Source: an uncultured Alphaproteobacteria bacterium (GTDB taxonomy: Bacteria > Pseudomonadota > Alphaproteobacteria > Rhizobiales > Beijerinckiaceae). From it: 64,000 nucleotides of DNA. The DNA lies in the NCBI GenBank assembly GCA_963832305.1, contig CAWHTU010000008.1, positions 44,906-108,905 on the forward strand, read 5' to 3'. The notes beneath the pieces are model-generated. The model did not search any database. It was given only the letters and a program-made list of their open reading frames with translations, and had not been told where the DNA came from. A program made the translations under genes and the position numbers. This document shows positions 11,975-23,073 of this stretch, one piece after another (within the stretch, counting starts at the first letter, position 1; every line of letters starts with the position of its first letter).

Positions 11975-12041
11975 ATCAAAGGAAAAGGCTTGGGTTTCCT
12001 TTGATCGGCTTGTCCGAATTGAGACGTTTCAATTTGTTATG
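11975..12041 (+). repeat. Degenerate intergenic repeat, copy B, with 11-bp hairpin
   Basis: Stem ATCAAAGGAAA(11975-11985)/TTTCCTTTGAT(11995-12005), then core CTTGTCCGAATTGAGACGTTTCAATTTGTTATG. Confidence 0.65.
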
Positions 12042-12380
12042 CTGACTTCCAGAGGCCCCTGCTCCGCACGGTTTACTACGGCTCGCGATCTGGATGCGAT
12101 GCCTTTGAATTTCGGCTTAAGCCTGCCGACTAAAGCCTGTGGTGGAAACATCAGTACTCCAACGCAGGGAGAGGGGTTTGCAAAGTTGACCGAGTATTCA
12201 AAGAAGGTATGAACCGCTCTCCCATCTCTCACCGCCTCGCAAAGCAGCGTCGTCGAAGACCAAGCCGCAGCACAAGGCTGGCTTATGATCTCTGAGCAGC
12301 TTAAGCGAATGCAACGAGCCGTGACGGCCGTCGGCAGGAGGAAGTCGCAATGATCCACCCATCAACAAAGAAGCGATAAT

Positions 12381-14186
12381 ATGCGCTCGCTTCTCGCCTC
12401 CACGTCCATCCTGGCGCTGACGATCGGCGCCCATGCCCAGGTCGGTCCTTCCGCCATGCCGGCCGGCCCGCTTCCGGTTCGCCCCGAGTGCGCCGTCCCT
12501 CCGCAGCTAACGGACACGTTCAGTCACGTCTGGTATTTCGACCCGGTGAGCGGCCAGCCGCCGAACTATACCCAGGCGGGCGCAATGATCATGGCCCCAA
12601 TCACGGTTCCGGCCGGGCAGGTGATGAAGGCGTATATCGCCACGCTGACCAACGGCGTATGGTCAAGCCCGCTTGTGACCTTCACGGCGGGGCAGGTCAT
12701 TCCCAACGGCGGCAACGGCTCGCAGGCCGCGCCATGGAACAATCTCAGCGCGCTCGCCTGGGCCAATAACAACCAGAAGCAGCCCTACCACTATCCGCTG
12801 GTGACGAGCGTGCCGACCTACCAGCTCAATTCGAACACCCATGCTTACGGGTTTCTCACCGGCGGCATGCCGGGTGGGGTCCAGCAGTCAGGTCCGATCC
12901 AGCCGGGCGATGAAGTCCTGCTGATGGGCGGGAACTACGGGAATGTCGCCATCAATCTTCCCAAAACCGCGGTCGCCAACAGCGCGTGGATCACGGTCAC
13001 TGCCGCTCCGGGGCAGACGCCGGTCCTGACCGGACTCTCGATCGCCGACACGAATTTGTGGCAGTTCCTCGGCCTCAAGGTCCAGGGCGGCAACATGGTC
13101 AGCATCGGAGACGGCGGCGGCGGCGCGCTGACGACGCATGACATCGTCTTTTCTCATATCGACATGTCGAGCGCCGACGACGCGGTTTCGAAGACCTGGA
13201 CGCAGACGCAATGGGCGAGCCTCGCGGGGAACAGTTTCAGCGCGCTCGGAAGCCACTACGGCGACAACACCTATTGCGTTGGGCTTTTTGCATCGGTGAC
13301 TCATTCCGTTCACGAAGGCCCGTCGATCAACGCCGCGCATTCCATCGCGGCTTACAACGAGAGCCGCTGGTTCACCGACAATGGCTTCGGCGGCGCCGGA
13401 AGCTACAAGGATTTTTTCTTCAACTTCGTCCACGATCCGGTCGATGTCGGGCTGGGCTACCACGTCGATGGCTGGCAGCTCGAGGGCTACCCGCTGTTGC
13501 CCGGCGACACCCGCCAGACCTACACGCAAATTCATTTCAACGGCAATCGGCTGATTGATCACTATGATCCGACCGCGCCTTTCCCGACGAAGGCCATGAC
13601 GATGATGGACGACTACTCGGGGCAGGGAACGATCTGGTGGGACCATCTGCTGATTGAGAACAACGTCTATCTTAGCTCTGGCACATGCATCCTGATGGAG
13701 CTTCAGATCACGAACTCGATCATTCGAAACAACACCTGCGTTCCTGCGTCTTGGGCCCAGTGGCCCTTGCCGTCTATCGGCATCGGGCTGACCGGCAATT
13801 CGAATGTTCGGATCGTCAACAACATCGCGCCGGCCATTTACTATCCCTCAAATCAGCCGGGGGTGACGGGAGACAACAACGTCACGACCCGGCTCTTCTA
13901 CAACCTGCGAAACCCGGACGGCAGCTATAAGGCGACCGGAACCACCTTCACGGCGCCGGGATGGTATGGACCGGCGGGAAGGGGCCCATACTCCGCCACA
14001 GGCAGCGACGGCACGCCGCTCACCGGCAACAACAACCAGGTGGTCTCGGCGGCGAGCTTCCGGAGATTGTTCCAGCAAGCTCCCACCCAAACCGTGCCAC
14101 CGTCCTATGACCTCTCGTTGGTTCCCGGCGCCCTGCTGCCGGAAGGAAGGAACCTTGGCGCGGGTCGCCGGTTTACAGTCCCATGA
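12381..14186 (+). CDS. Secreted protein, probable right-handed parallel beta-helix (polysaccharide lyase-like), function unknown
   Basis: Signal peptide ending AHA. Asn/Thr/Gly-rich, with HVDGWQ, IENNV, IIRNNT and IVNNI turn motifs. Confidence 0.6.
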   Translation: MRSLLASTSILALTIGAHAQVGPSAMPAGPLPVRPECAVPPQLTDTFSHVWYFDPVSGQPPNYTQAGAMIMAPITVPAGQVMKAYIATLTNGVWSSPLVTFTAGQVIPNGGNGSQAAPWNNLSALAWANNNQKQPYHYPLVTSVPTYQLNSNTHAYGFLTGGMPGGVQQSGPIQPGDEVLLMGGNYGNVAINLPKTAVANSAWITVTAAPGQTPVLTGLSIADTNLWQFLGLKVQGGNMVSIGDGGGGALTTHDIVFSHIDMSSADDAVSKTWTQTQWASLAGNSFSALGSHYGDNTYCVGLFASVTHSVHEGPSINAAHSIAAYNESRWFTDNGFGGAGSYKDFFFNFVHDPVDVGLGYHVDGWQLEGYPLLPGDTRQTYTQIHFNGNRLIDHYDPTAPFPTKAMTMMDDYSGQGTIWWDHLLIENNVYLSSGTCILMELQITNSIIRNNTCVPASWAQWPLPSIGIGLTGNSNVRIVNNIAPAIYYPSNQPGVTGDNNVTTRLFYNLRNPDGSYKATGTTFTAPGWYGPAGRGPYSATGSDGTPLTGNNNQVVSAASFRRLFQQAPTQTVPPSYDLSLVPGALLPEGRNLGAGRRFTVP

Positions 14187-14491
14187 ATGCGTAAGGAATT
14201 GACCGCGCCAAATCTCGGGAATCTCTCTCGTCGCGGCCGCCGGTTGTGAAACCCGTAGCCGACGAACATGCTGGGTGGCGCCGGGGGCGCGCAGCGGGGT
14301 TATGACAATGCACGCAATCCGGGCTGCAGGGCCGCGATGCGATTTAAGTGGGCTCGTTGGCGGGCGCCCTTGCGCGGCGCCCTGCCCATCGACACTGTCG
14401 AATCGAGACCCCAAGCAGCGCCTCAGACTGAAAAACCTGACCGAAGCATGCGCCAATCCCATCAGGGCGATCCAACTAAGGAGGGAATCGA

Positions 14492-14998
14492 ATGGCCGAT
14501 CTCGCACCCCCTGCTGACGAAACCGATATCTCTCGCGACCGCCTCGCGGAGCTTTTGAACGAAGACCTCGCGCGCGAATACCAGGCGATCATCGCCTACG
14601 TGGTCTATTCCCAGGTGCTCACCGGCGCCCAGTACATGGATATCGCGGCCCAGCTTGAGATTCACGCCAGGCAGGAGCTCGATCACGCCCTGATCCTTTC
14701 GCGGCAGATCGACTATCTCGGCAAAATGCCAGTGGTCACCCCGAAGCCGGTGCGCACATCGAAAGACGCGAAAGAGATGCTTCAATTCGATCTCGACAAT
14801 GAGAACGAGACCATTCGCAATTATCGCGACCGGGTCCGACAATGCGAGGCGCTCGGAGAATACGCCCTCGCCGAACAGATTCGCCAGATCCTCACGCAGG
14901 AGCAGGATCATCAAATCGACCTGGCGACCGCGCTCGGCATCGACGTCCCGAATGTGAATAGCGGCCCACAAGGGCGCCCTCCGCCCAAGCGCCGCTGA
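14492..14998 (+). CDS. Ferritin-like (bacterioferritin/rubrerythrin-type) diiron protein
   Basis: EYQAIIAY, ELDH, ENETIRNY and EQDH diiron ligand pattern. RBS AAGGAG. Confidence 0.8.
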   Translation: MADLAPPADETDISRDRLAELLNEDLAREYQAIIAYVVYSQVLTGAQYMDIAAQLEIHARQELDHALILSRQIDYLGKMPVVTPKPVRTSKDAKEMLQFDLDNENETIRNYRDRVRQCEALGEYALAEQIRQILTQEQDHQIDLATALGIDVPNVNSGPQGRPPPKRR

Positions 14999-15198
14999 GC
15001 GAGGCGCCAGCCGGAGCAACAGCGGTGCGCCAGGACGCACTCCGGGTCATCACATCGCGCTCTTGACACCGCCTCGACGACTTCGCTTGAGTCGGACTGG
15101 CTCCAGCGCGTCACTTTGCGCTCTTGACGCCCGCGCCCGGTCGGCTCCATTGCATGAGCCAGACCCAAGCCCCAGCGCGGCGAACTTTCTAGGCGAGG

Positions 15199-16108
15199 AT
15201 GACGGTCATGGCCAACGAGCAGATGATGGCGCAAATGTCGACGAAGCCCGGCTTCATCGCCGCGCTCGATCAGAGCGGCGGATCGACCCCGGGGGCGCTG
15301 CGCCTCTACGGCATTCCCGACAGCGAATACAAAGGCGACGACGCCAAAATGTACGAGCTTGTGCACGAGATGCGAGTTCGCATCATGTCTTCGCCGGCCT
15401 TCAAGGGCGACAAGGTCATCGCCGCGATCCTGTTCGAGCGCACCATGGACGGCCAGGCGAAGGGCAAGCCGGTCCCATCCTACCTGTGGGAGGACCGGGG
15501 CGTCGTCCCGATCGTCAAGGTCGACAAGGGACTGGAAGCGGAAAAGGACGGGGTGAGCCTGATGAGGCCGATGCCGGACCTCGACAAGCTGCTCGCCCGA
15601 GCGGTCAAGCTCGGCGTGTTCGGCACGAAAATGCGCTCGGTCATCAACCTGGCGTCGAAAACCGGAATCGCGGCGATCGCCAAGCAGCAGTTCGAGTTCG
15701 GCGAGCACATCGCCGCCCATGGGCTCTTGCCGATTCTCGAACCGGAAATCTCGATCAAGAGCCCGGACAAGGCCGGAGCCGAGCGGATCCTGCTCGACGA
15801 ACTGACCAAGGGACTCGACTCCCTCCCCGCCGGGCGCAAGGTGATATTCAAGCTGACGCTGCCCGAGAACTCCCGACCACTACATGCCGCTGATCAAGGA
15901 CAAGCGCGTCGCCCGGGTCGTCGCGCTGTCCGGCGGCTACACGCGAGCCGAGGCCGACAAGCGGCTGTCCGAAAATCACGGCATGATCGCGAGCTTCTCG
16001 CGTGCGCTCGCCCAGGATTTGAGGCGCTCGATGACCGAGGCTGAATTCGACAAGGCGCTCAAGGAGGCCATCGACGAGATCTTTCGCGCCTCGACCGTCA
16101 AGCACTGA
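15199..16108 (+). pseudogene. Class I fructose-bisphosphate aldolase with a +1 frameshift near 15866 (possible sequencing error)
   Basis: GFIAALDQSGGSTPGAL, ILFE, KVDKG, PILEPE in frame 1, then RVVALSGGY and IASFSRAL in the next frame. Span 910 = 3n+1. Confidence 0.85.
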
Positions 16109-16109
16109 C

Positions 16110-16718
16110 GTGGCGGTCAGGTTCTACTACGCCTCGGGCTCGCCATATGCGTGGCGGGTTTGGCTCGCGCTCGAGCGCAAGGGCATTCCCTATCATTTGA
16201 AGACCCTGTCGTTCGACGCCGGCGACCTCAAGACGGCGGAATTCACGGCGCTCAATCCACGGCGGCGGGTGCCGGTCCTGGCCGACGACGATTTCGTCCT
16301 CACCGAATCCGGGGCGATCGTCGAATATATCGAGGACCGATGGCCGAACGGCCCGGCGCTTTTCGCAAACGAACCGCGCAAGCGCGCGATCCAGCGGCGG
16401 ATGGTTCGCGAGGCCGACCACTATCTTGCCGACATCGGCACGCGTTTTGCGACCGCTCCGTCGGAAGAGAACGCCAAGGATCTCAAGCAGGAGCTTACGC
16501 AGCAGTGGGAGGGCGCGGTGACGGACGACTATTTGACCGGCGAGCTTTCGGCGGTCGACCTCACCGTGTATCCATTCATGGCGCTGTTCGTGCGGATCGC
16601 CGGTCGTCGTCCGGACTTCGTCACGAACGACTTCATAGGCCCGCGCCTTTCGGGCTGGATGGATCGGATGCGCACGCTCCCGATCGTCCAGCACACTCAG
16701 CCGCCGCACTGGAAATGA
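16110..16718 (+). CDS. Glutathione S-transferase family protein
   Basis: GSPYAWRV, NPRRRVPVL, LTESGAIVEYIE. GTG start. Confidence 0.85.
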   Translation: MAVRFYYASGSPYAWRVWLALERKGIPYHLKTLSFDAGDLKTAEFTALNPRRRVPVLADDDFVLTESGAIVEYIEDRWPNGPALFANEPRKRAIQRRMVREADHYLADIGTRFATAPSEENAKDLKQELTQQWEGAVTDDYLTGELSAVDLTVYPFMALFVRIAGRRPDFVTNDFIGPRLSGWMDRMRTLPIVQHTQPPHWK

Positions 16719-16791
16719 GGCGCTCGGCTTGACCGGGCGCGGCGCTCGCACATGATGGCTGACGCGACCCACGCGGAACGGGGAGATCGCC

Positions 16792-17460
16792 ATGAAGGGA
16801 GCGTCCCAGACCGTCTTTCTGTTTGACGTCGACAACACGCTTCTGGACAACGACCGGTTTCAGGACGACCTGAGGCGGGAGCTCGAGCGTGCGCATGGCG
16901 TCAGCGCCCGCGACCGGTATTGGGCGATCTTCGAGGAACTGCGCGCCGAACTGGGCTATGCCGACTATCTCGGGGCGCTCGAGCGCCTGAGAATCGAGCG
17001 TTTGCATGATCCGACGCTCTTGCCCACGGCCAACTGGCTCATCGACTATCCGTTCGCCGACCGCCTCTATCCGGGCGCGCTTCAGGTCGTCGAGCATGTG
17101 CAGCGATGGGGGCAGGGCGTCATTCTCTCCGACGGCGACGCCATCTTTCAGCCGCGCAAGGTCGCGCGCTCCGGCTTGTGGGACGCTTTCTCGGGCAGGG
17201 TGCTGATCTACGTGCATAAGGAAAATGAGCTTGCCGACGTCGAGCGGTGGCATCCCGCCGCCCACTATGTCCTGATCGACGACAAGGCGCGCATTCTTGC
17301 CGCGGTCAAGGCGATCTGGGGCGCCCGGGTCACGACCATCTTTCCGAAGCAGGGTCACTATGCTGTGCAGGAGCCGCCGCGCGACGGGACGTCCGTCGAT
17401 ATCGCGGTTGATCGGATCGCGGATCTCCTGGGCCATGATCTGTCGAAACTGGCGCGGTGA
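16792..17460 (+). CDS. HAD-family hydrolase
   Basis: FDVDNTL motif I, SDGD, IDDK motif IV. Confidence 0.8.
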   Translation: MKGASQTVFLFDVDNTLLDNDRFQDDLRRELERAHGVSARDRYWAIFEELRAELGYADYLGALERLRIERLHDPTLLPTANWLIDYPFADRLYPGALQVVEHVQRWGQGVILSDGDAIFQPRKVARSGLWDAFSGRVLIYVHKENELADVERWHPAAHYVLIDDKARILAAVKAIWGARVTTIFPKQGHYAVQEPPRDGTSVDIAVDRIADLLGHDLSKLAR

Positions 17461-17777
17461 TTTTCGACCCCATATCCTCGCCGTCAAGATTGGGCCTTCT
17501 TGTCCAACGATGATGAGGGCGCTCATACTTCTGTACAATTGAGCGTTTCGCTTTCATCGCCGTATAATTTCCTGCTGTAAGCTGGAGGAGCCGCGCGGCA
17601 AGAGGAAATTCGGGGTGTGATATTGGTCCCGGCTTCCGCAAGGAGGGTGGCTTTGGCGTCTGGGACAATCCGCCGCGCCCTCGCCGGCCCCCGACACTGG
17701 ACAAGTTTCGGCAGTCCGGTTAGCGAAGGGAAAAGCGGCGCCGGGCTAAAAGGACGAGGGGCCGAAAAGGACCGTCG

Positions 17778-19079
17778 ATGGATTATCACCGGAGCTTTGA
17801 GGAGGCGACAGCGCGCCTGAAGGCGGAGGGGCGCTACCGCACCTTCGCCAATCTGGAGCGCGACGCGCGCCGGTTCCCGATGGCGCAATGGCGCCCGGCG
17901 GGCGCGGAGAATGATCCGCGCGAAGTGACCGTGTGGTGCTCGAACGATTATCTCGGCATGGGCGGCCACCCCGACGTGATCGAGGCCTCGGTCAGCGCGG
18001 CGCGCGCCCATGGCGCGGGCGCCGGCGGCACCCGCAACATTTCCGGCACCCACAATCCGATCGTCGAGCTCGAGGCCGAGCTTGCCGACCTGCACGGCAA
18101 GCAGGCGGCGCTGGCCTTCACCTCCGGCTGGATCTCCAATCTCGCGGCGATCTCGACCATCGCCGGCCTCCTGCCCGATTGTCTCATCCTCTCCGACGCG
18201 CTGAACCACAATTCGATGATCGAAGGCGTGAGGCGCTCCGGCTGTGAGAAACGGGTGTGGCGGCACAACGACGTGGATCACCTCGAGGCGCTGCTCGCCG
18301 CCGAGCCGATCGACCGCGCCAAGCTCATCGTGTTCGAGAGCCTCTATTCGATGGACGGCGACATCGCGCCGATCGCCGAGATCGTGGCGCTGGCCGAGAA
18401 GTACAACGCCCTCAGCTATATCGACGAGGTGCACGCGGTCGGCCTCTATGGGCCGCGCGGCGGCGGTCTGAGCGAGCGGGAGGGCCTCGCCGCCCGCATC
18501 GACGTGATCGAGGGCACCCTCGCCAAGGGGTTCGGCTCGCTCGGCGGCTATATCGCGGCGGGCGAGGCGATCGTCGATGCGGTCAGGAGCTTCGCCCCCT
18601 CGTTCATCTTCACTTCAACCCTGCCGCCAAGCGTCGCAGCGAGCGCCGCCGCCGCCGTGCGGCATCTGAAGCGCTCGACGGTCGAGCGGGAGCGCCACCA
18701 ACACATGGCGAAGTTGGTCAAGCATGCCTTGCGCGCCGCCGGACTGCCGGTGATGGACAATCCCTCGCACATCGTCCCGGTGTTCGTCGGAGACGCGCGC
18801 AAATGCCGGGCGGCCAGCGAAATGCTGCTTGAGCGCCACGCGGTCTACATCCAGCCGATCAACTATCCGACCGTCGCCAAGGGAACCGAGCGGCTGCGCG
18901 TGACCCCGACCCCAGCCCACAGCGAAGCGCAAGTCGCGGAGCTCGTCGAGGCGCTGGTGGACGTGTGGCGGACTTTGGGCCTCGAATTCGAGCAGGCGCA
19001 TGTAATCCCGCTCTTCCGCGCCAATGCGAACGAGGATACCCACTGCGCGTATCCGGAGATGAAGCGCGCGGCGGAATAG
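17778..19079 (+). CDS. hemA: 5-aminolevulinate synthase
   Basis: [52 protein letters not shown]. Confidence 0.96.
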   Translation: MDYHRSFEEATARLKAEGRYRTFANLERDARRFPMAQWRPAGAENDPREVTVWCSNDYLGMGGHPDVIEASVSAARAHGAGAGGTRNISGTHNPIVELEAELADLHGKQAALAFTSGWISNLAAISTIAGLLPDCLILSDALNHNSMIEGVRRSGCEKRVWRHNDVDHLEALLAAEPIDRAKLIVFESLYSMDGDIAPIAEIVALAEKYNALSYIDEVHAVGLYGPRGGGLSEREGLAARIDVIEGTLAKGFGSLGGYIAAGEAIVDAVRSFAPSFIFTSTLPPSVAASAAAAVRHLKRSTVERERHQHMAKLVKHALRAAGLPVMDNPSHIVPVFVGDARKCRAASEMLLERHAVYIQPINYPTVAKGTERLRVTPTPAHSEAQVAELVEALVDVWRTLGLEFEQAHVIPLFRANANEDTHCAYPEMKRAAE

Positions 19080-19151
19080 GCGGCCGCCTTGCAGGGCCGC
19101 CCCTCGCCGCAGCCTGTTTCCGCAAAGGGCGTCGAAGCGCGATCGGACCGG

Positions 19152-20195
19152 ATGAGGGCGCAGAAGCCGCTCCTGGCGGCGCTCGCCGGCGAGCGGCGGT
19201 CGACGCCGCCGATCTGGCTCATGCGCCAGGCAGGGCGCTATCTGCCAGAATATCGGGAGCTTCGCACGAAGGCCGCGACCTTTCTCGACTTTTGCTATGA
19301 CCCCGCCCTCGCGGTCGAGGCGACGCTGCAGCCGATCCGCCGGTTCGGTTTTGACGCGGCGATCCTGTTTTCCGACATTCTCGTCCTGCCCGACGCGCTC
19401 GGCCAGCGCGTCGCCTTTGAATCGGGCGACGGTCCTCGCCTCGAGCCGATCGGCGACGCTGAAAGCCTGGCGAAGCTCGGCCGCGAGCCCGACTGGACCC
19501 GCCTCGCGCCGGTCTTCGAAGCTCTCGACCGGCTCAAGACCGCGCTGCCGAGCGAGGTGGCGCTGATCGGCTTCTGCGGCGCCCCGTGGACAGTGGCGAG
19601 CTACATGATCGCCGGGCGCGGCACGCCAGATCAAGCGCCGGCGCGCCTCTTCGCCTACCGCCATCCGGACCTGTTCGCGAATCTGATCGACCGGCTCGTC
19701 GACGCCTCGGCCGACTATCTCGTCCGTCAGGTAGCGGCCGGCGCGGAAGCGGTGCAGATCTTCAATTCATGGGCCGGCGTGCTGCCGCCAGCCGAATTCG
19801 ACCGCTGGTGCGTCGCGCCGATGACGGCTCTGGCGGCCAGGGTCCGGGCCAGGGCGCCGGATGCAGCGATCATCGCTTTTCCGCGCGGCGCCGGCACCCA
19901 ATTGGCGAAGTTCGCTCCCCTGACCGACATCGGCGCGATCGGTCTCGACACGGCTGTCGAACCGAAGATCGCCGATGCTGCCCTGCCCGGACGGCTCGCG
20001 CTCCAGGGCAATCTCGATCCATTGGCGCTCGTCGCCGGCGGACCCCGTCTCGACGAGGAAACCGACCGCGTCCTTGAGGGATTCGCCGGCCCGCGCGCCC
20101 ATATCTTCAACCTCGGCCATGGTGTGCTGCCCGAAACGCCTGTGGGCCACGTCGAGCGCCTGGTCGCCAGGGTCCGGGGGCAAAGGTCGTCATGA
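19152..20195 (+). CDS. hemE: Uroporphyrinogen decarboxylase
   Basis: [46 protein letters not shown]. Start taken at ATG 19152. Confidence 0.95.
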   Translation: MRAQKPLLAALAGERRSTPPIWLMRQAGRYLPEYRELRTKAATFLDFCYDPALAVEATLQPIRRFGFDAAILFSDILVLPDALGQRVAFESGDGPRLEPIGDAESLAKLGREPDWTRLAPVFEALDRLKTALPSEVALIGFCGAPWTVASYMIAGRGTPDQAPARLFAYRHPDLFANLIDRLVDASADYLVRQVAAGAEAVQIFNSWAGVLPPAEFDRWCVAPMTALAARVRARAPDAAIIAFPRGAGTQLAKFAPLTDIGAIGLDTAVEPKIADAALPGRLALQGNLDPLALVAGGPRLDEETDRVLEGFAGPRAHIFNLGHGVLPETPVGHVERLVARVRGQRSS

Positions 20196-21106
20196 ACATC
20201 TCGACCCCGACAGATACGGATGCGCGCTTCGCCAGGGCGAGCGATTGGTTCGAGACCATCCAGCGGCGGATCATCGAGGCGATGGAGGCGCTCGAGCGCG
20301 AGTTCGCCGATGCGGGCGTCACTATGGCGCCCGGCCAATTCGCGATTAACCCCTGGACGCGCACCGACGCCAGCGGCGCCCCCGGCGGCGGCGGCGGCAT
20401 GGCCATCCTACGCGGACGCCTGTTCGAGAAGATGGGCGCCCACACTTCCGTCGTCCACGGCGCATTCCCGCCGGAATTCGCGGCGCAAATTCCGGGCGCG
20501 GACGGTGACCCGCGCTTCTGGGCCGCCGGGGTCTCGGTGATCGCTCATCCGTGGAGCCCGCACGTGCCAACCGTGCACATGAACACCCGGCTCGTGCGTA
20601 CGACAAGGACCTGGTTCGGCGGCGGCGCGGATCTCACCCCGATGCTGGACAAGCGCCGCAAGGCGGACGACCCGGACGCGATAGCCTTTCATGCCGCGAT
20701 GCGCGCAGCCTGCGAGCGTCATTCGGGAGTGGCCGACGCCGAGCGTCTTAGAAAATGGTGCGACGAGTATTTCTTTCTCAAGCATCGCAATGAGCCGCGC
20801 GGGATCGGCGGCATCTTCTTCGATTACCTCAACAGCGCAGGAGATGAAGGCAATTCGGCTTTCGACGCTGATTTCGCCTTCGTGCGTGACGTCGGCGAGA
20901 GCTTCATCAGCGTCTATTGCGACATCGTACGGCGCAACGCCGGAAAGCCGTGGAGCGAAACCGAGCGCGAGGAACAATTGATCCGGCGCGGACGTTATGT
21001 CGAGTTCAACCTGATCTATGACCGGGGAACAATTTTTGGCTTGAAAACCGGCGGCAACATCGCTTCGATACTCTCCTCGATGCCGCCGCTCGCCCGCTGG
21101 CCCTGA
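20192..21106 (+). CDS. hemF: Oxygen-dependent coproporphyrinogen III oxidase
   Basis: [44 protein letters not shown]. Confidence 0.95.
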   Translation: MNISTPTDTDARFARASDWFETIQRRIIEAMEALEREFADAGVTMAPGQFAINPWTRTDASGAPGGGGGMAILRGRLFEKMGAHTSVVHGAFPPEFAAQIPGADGDPRFWAAGVSVIAHPWSPHVPTVHMNTRLVRTTRTWFGGGADLTPMLDKRRKADDPDAIAFHAAMRAACERHSGVADAERLRKWCDEYFFLKHRNEPRGIGGIFFDYLNSAGDEGNSAFDADFAFVRDVGESFISVYCDIVRRNAGKPWSETEREEQLIRRGRYVEFNLIYDRGTIFGLKTGGNIASILSSMPPLARWP

Positions 21107-21139
21107 GCCCATCCCACCAACAACTTTCGGAGACTGACC

Positions 21140-22003
21140 ATGGTCAACGCTGCCGAGTCCGGCCGCTTCCGCATTGGCGGCGCGTTCGACGTCAACCGTC
21201 TTGGCTTCGGCGCGATGCGCATCGTCGGCAAAGGAATCTGGGGCCCGTCAATGGACCGCGCCGAGGCCATGAAGACGCTTCGGCGCCTACCTGATCTCGG
21301 TGTGGACTTCATCGACACCGCCAATTCGTATGGCCCCGATTTCTCCGAAGAAATGATCCGGGAAGCGCTTGCGCCTTATGGCAAGATCCATATCGCGACC
21401 AAGAGCGGCCTCGCGCGCACTGGCCCGAACATCTGGATTCCGCTCGGCCGACCGGAATATCTGACCCAGCAGGCTCACAAGAGCCGCTGGCGGCTCGGCG
21501 TCGAAACGATCTCACTGTGGCAATTGCACCGCATCGATTCGAAGGTGCCGGCGAAAGAGCAGTTCGACGCCATCGCCTCGCTCATCAAGGACAAAGTCAT
21601 CCGCTGCGCCGGCCTCTCAGAAGTGAGCGTCGCCGATATCGTGGCGGCCTCGAAGGTCTTCCCCGTCGCCACTGTGCAAAACCGCTATAATTTCATCGAT
21701 CGGGCGAGCGAGGCCGTGCTCGACCATTGCGAGAAGAACGGCATCGCCTTCATCCCCTGGGCGCCGCTCGACGCCGGCGCATCAGCAAGGCCGGGCTCGG
21801 CGCTGGACGCGATCGCCCGCAAGCACAAGGCGACCCCAGGCCAGATCGCACTCGCCTGGCTTTTGAAACGCAGCCCCGTCATGCTGCCCATTCCAGGCAC
21901 CGGCAAGGTCGCGCATCTCGAGGAGAACGTCGGGGCGGCGGCGATCAAGCTCAGCGATGAGGAGTTCGCGACGCTCGACCGCGCCGGGCGCGAGAGGCAG
22001 TGA
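21140..22003 (+). CDS. Aldo/keto reductase
   Basis: [31 protein letters not shown]. Confidence 0.9.
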   Translation: MVNAAESGRFRIGGAFDVNRLGFGAMRIVGKGIWGPSMDRAEAMKTLRRLPDLGVDFIDTANSYGPDFSEEMIREALAPYGKIHIATKSGLARTGPNIWIPLGRPEYLTQQAHKSRWRLGVETISLWQLHRIDSKVPAKEQFDAIASLIKDKVIRCAGLSEVSVADIVAASKVFPVATVQNRYNFIDRASEAVLDHCEKNGIAFIPWAPLDAGASARPGSALDAIARKHKATPGQIALAWLLKRSPVMLPIPGTGKVAHLEENVGAAAIKLSDEEFATLDRAGRERQ

Positions 22004-22046
22004 GCGCGGCCCGAAGCGTGACTCTTTAACACGGCAACGTCGTCGC

Positions 22047-22925
22047 TCAGCTCCTCAGCACCACGCAGGCGCCGCCGGCGGCCTCGAGCGCGGCGCATAG
22101 CCGCTCGGCTTCCGGACGGTTTTGCGCCGGCAGCCGCACCCGATAGAACGGGCGGAAGCCGCGGCTTCTCACGACTGAGCCGAGTACGAACGGGTTCTTT
22201 CCGCCAACGACCGAATAGAAATCGTGCCGCACGCGCTCAAACGCGCGCATCGCCGACCCCCGCGAGAAGCTAGCGGCGATCTGTACGCCCCAGGGCGCAA
22301 ACCAGCCCGAGACGATAGGCGAGACGCCCGCGGTCGTGCGCAGGGTGGCGATGAGGCTCAGGCATGACGGGCCGGCGGGCGCCGCCAGCTCGGGCGGCGT
22401 CGGGGTGCGCCATTCCTCGGCGGCGTGGCCGGTGAGCGCGAGGACGTAGTCCTGGGTCTCGAACGGAAGCTGGCCCTTGTCGTCGAGCCATTTATCGACC
22501 GCTGTTTCGCCAGCGTTATAGGCGGCCGCCGCAAGTCCCAGGTTGCCGAACTTGTGCACGAGTTCCGCGAGGTATTTTGCCGACGCCGGAATCGCCGACG
22601 CCGGATCGAACGGATTGACGAGCCCGCGCGCGGACGCCGTGCCGGGCATGAACTGGGCCACCCCTTGCGCGCCCGCGGGACTGACCGCGTCCGGCCGGAA
22701 CGAGCTTTCGCGCCAGATGAGCTTGGTGAAATATCCCGCCGGCAGTCCCTCGGACTTGGCCGAGGCTTCGAGGATCCCGCATAGGGTGGCGAGTGCATTG
22801 TCGGTCTCGGGACCGGCGTCAGGCATTGCCGGCCAGCCGCTCAGCGAAAGGACGAGGGCGGCGAGCGCAATCGCCACGCCTTTGACAAATCCGTCTCGCC
22901 GCAGGGCGGCGGTCAGAGACCCCAT
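22047..22925 (-). CDS. Lytic transglycosylase (SLT) with C-terminal SPOR-like domain
   Basis: IWRESSF, AQGVAQFMPGTA, AAAAYNAG, PFETQDYV, C-terminal WGVQIAA...YRVRL. Confidence 0.85.
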   Translation of the reverse strand: MGSLTAALRRDGFVKGVAIALAALVLSLSGWPAMPDAGPETDNALATLCGILEASAKSEGLPAGYFTKLIWRESSFRPDAVSPAGAQGVAQFMPGTASARGLVNPFDPASAIPASAKYLAELVHKFGNLGLAAAAYNAGETAVDKWLDDKGQLPFETQDYVLALTGHAAEEWRTPTPPELAAPAGPSCLSLIATLRTTAGVSPIVSGWFAPWGVQIAASFSRGSAMRAFERVRHDFYSVVGGKNPFVLGSVVRSRGFRPFYRVRLPAQNRPEAERLCAALEAAGGACVVLRS

Positions 22926-23073
22926 GCAACCCCCATTCGCGTCCGCTCTTCCACCCTCCCGGATTCTCATATGTCGTCGACGCGCACAACAGCTTTGCCC
23001 CCCAAAGCGCCGATGCTATAGGGGCGAAACGCGCTCTCCGCCGCGCTTCTCCCACCAATGAAAGTCCCCGCCG

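Noticed and set aside
11898-12212. Short ORFs over the repeat copies (also 6446-6676, 45024-45326, 61009-61323)
   Set aside because: Most likely incidental translations of the non-coding repeat. Different copies are open in different frames and the composition is atypical.
10773-14186. tRNA-Ser as the attachment site of an integrative element
   Set aside because: No integrase and no duplicated tRNA 3' end were noticed, and the next gene is the core gene hemC.
14492-14998. Ferritin-like protein as encapsulin cargo
   Set aside because: No encapsulin gene nearby and no recognisable C-terminal targeting peptide.
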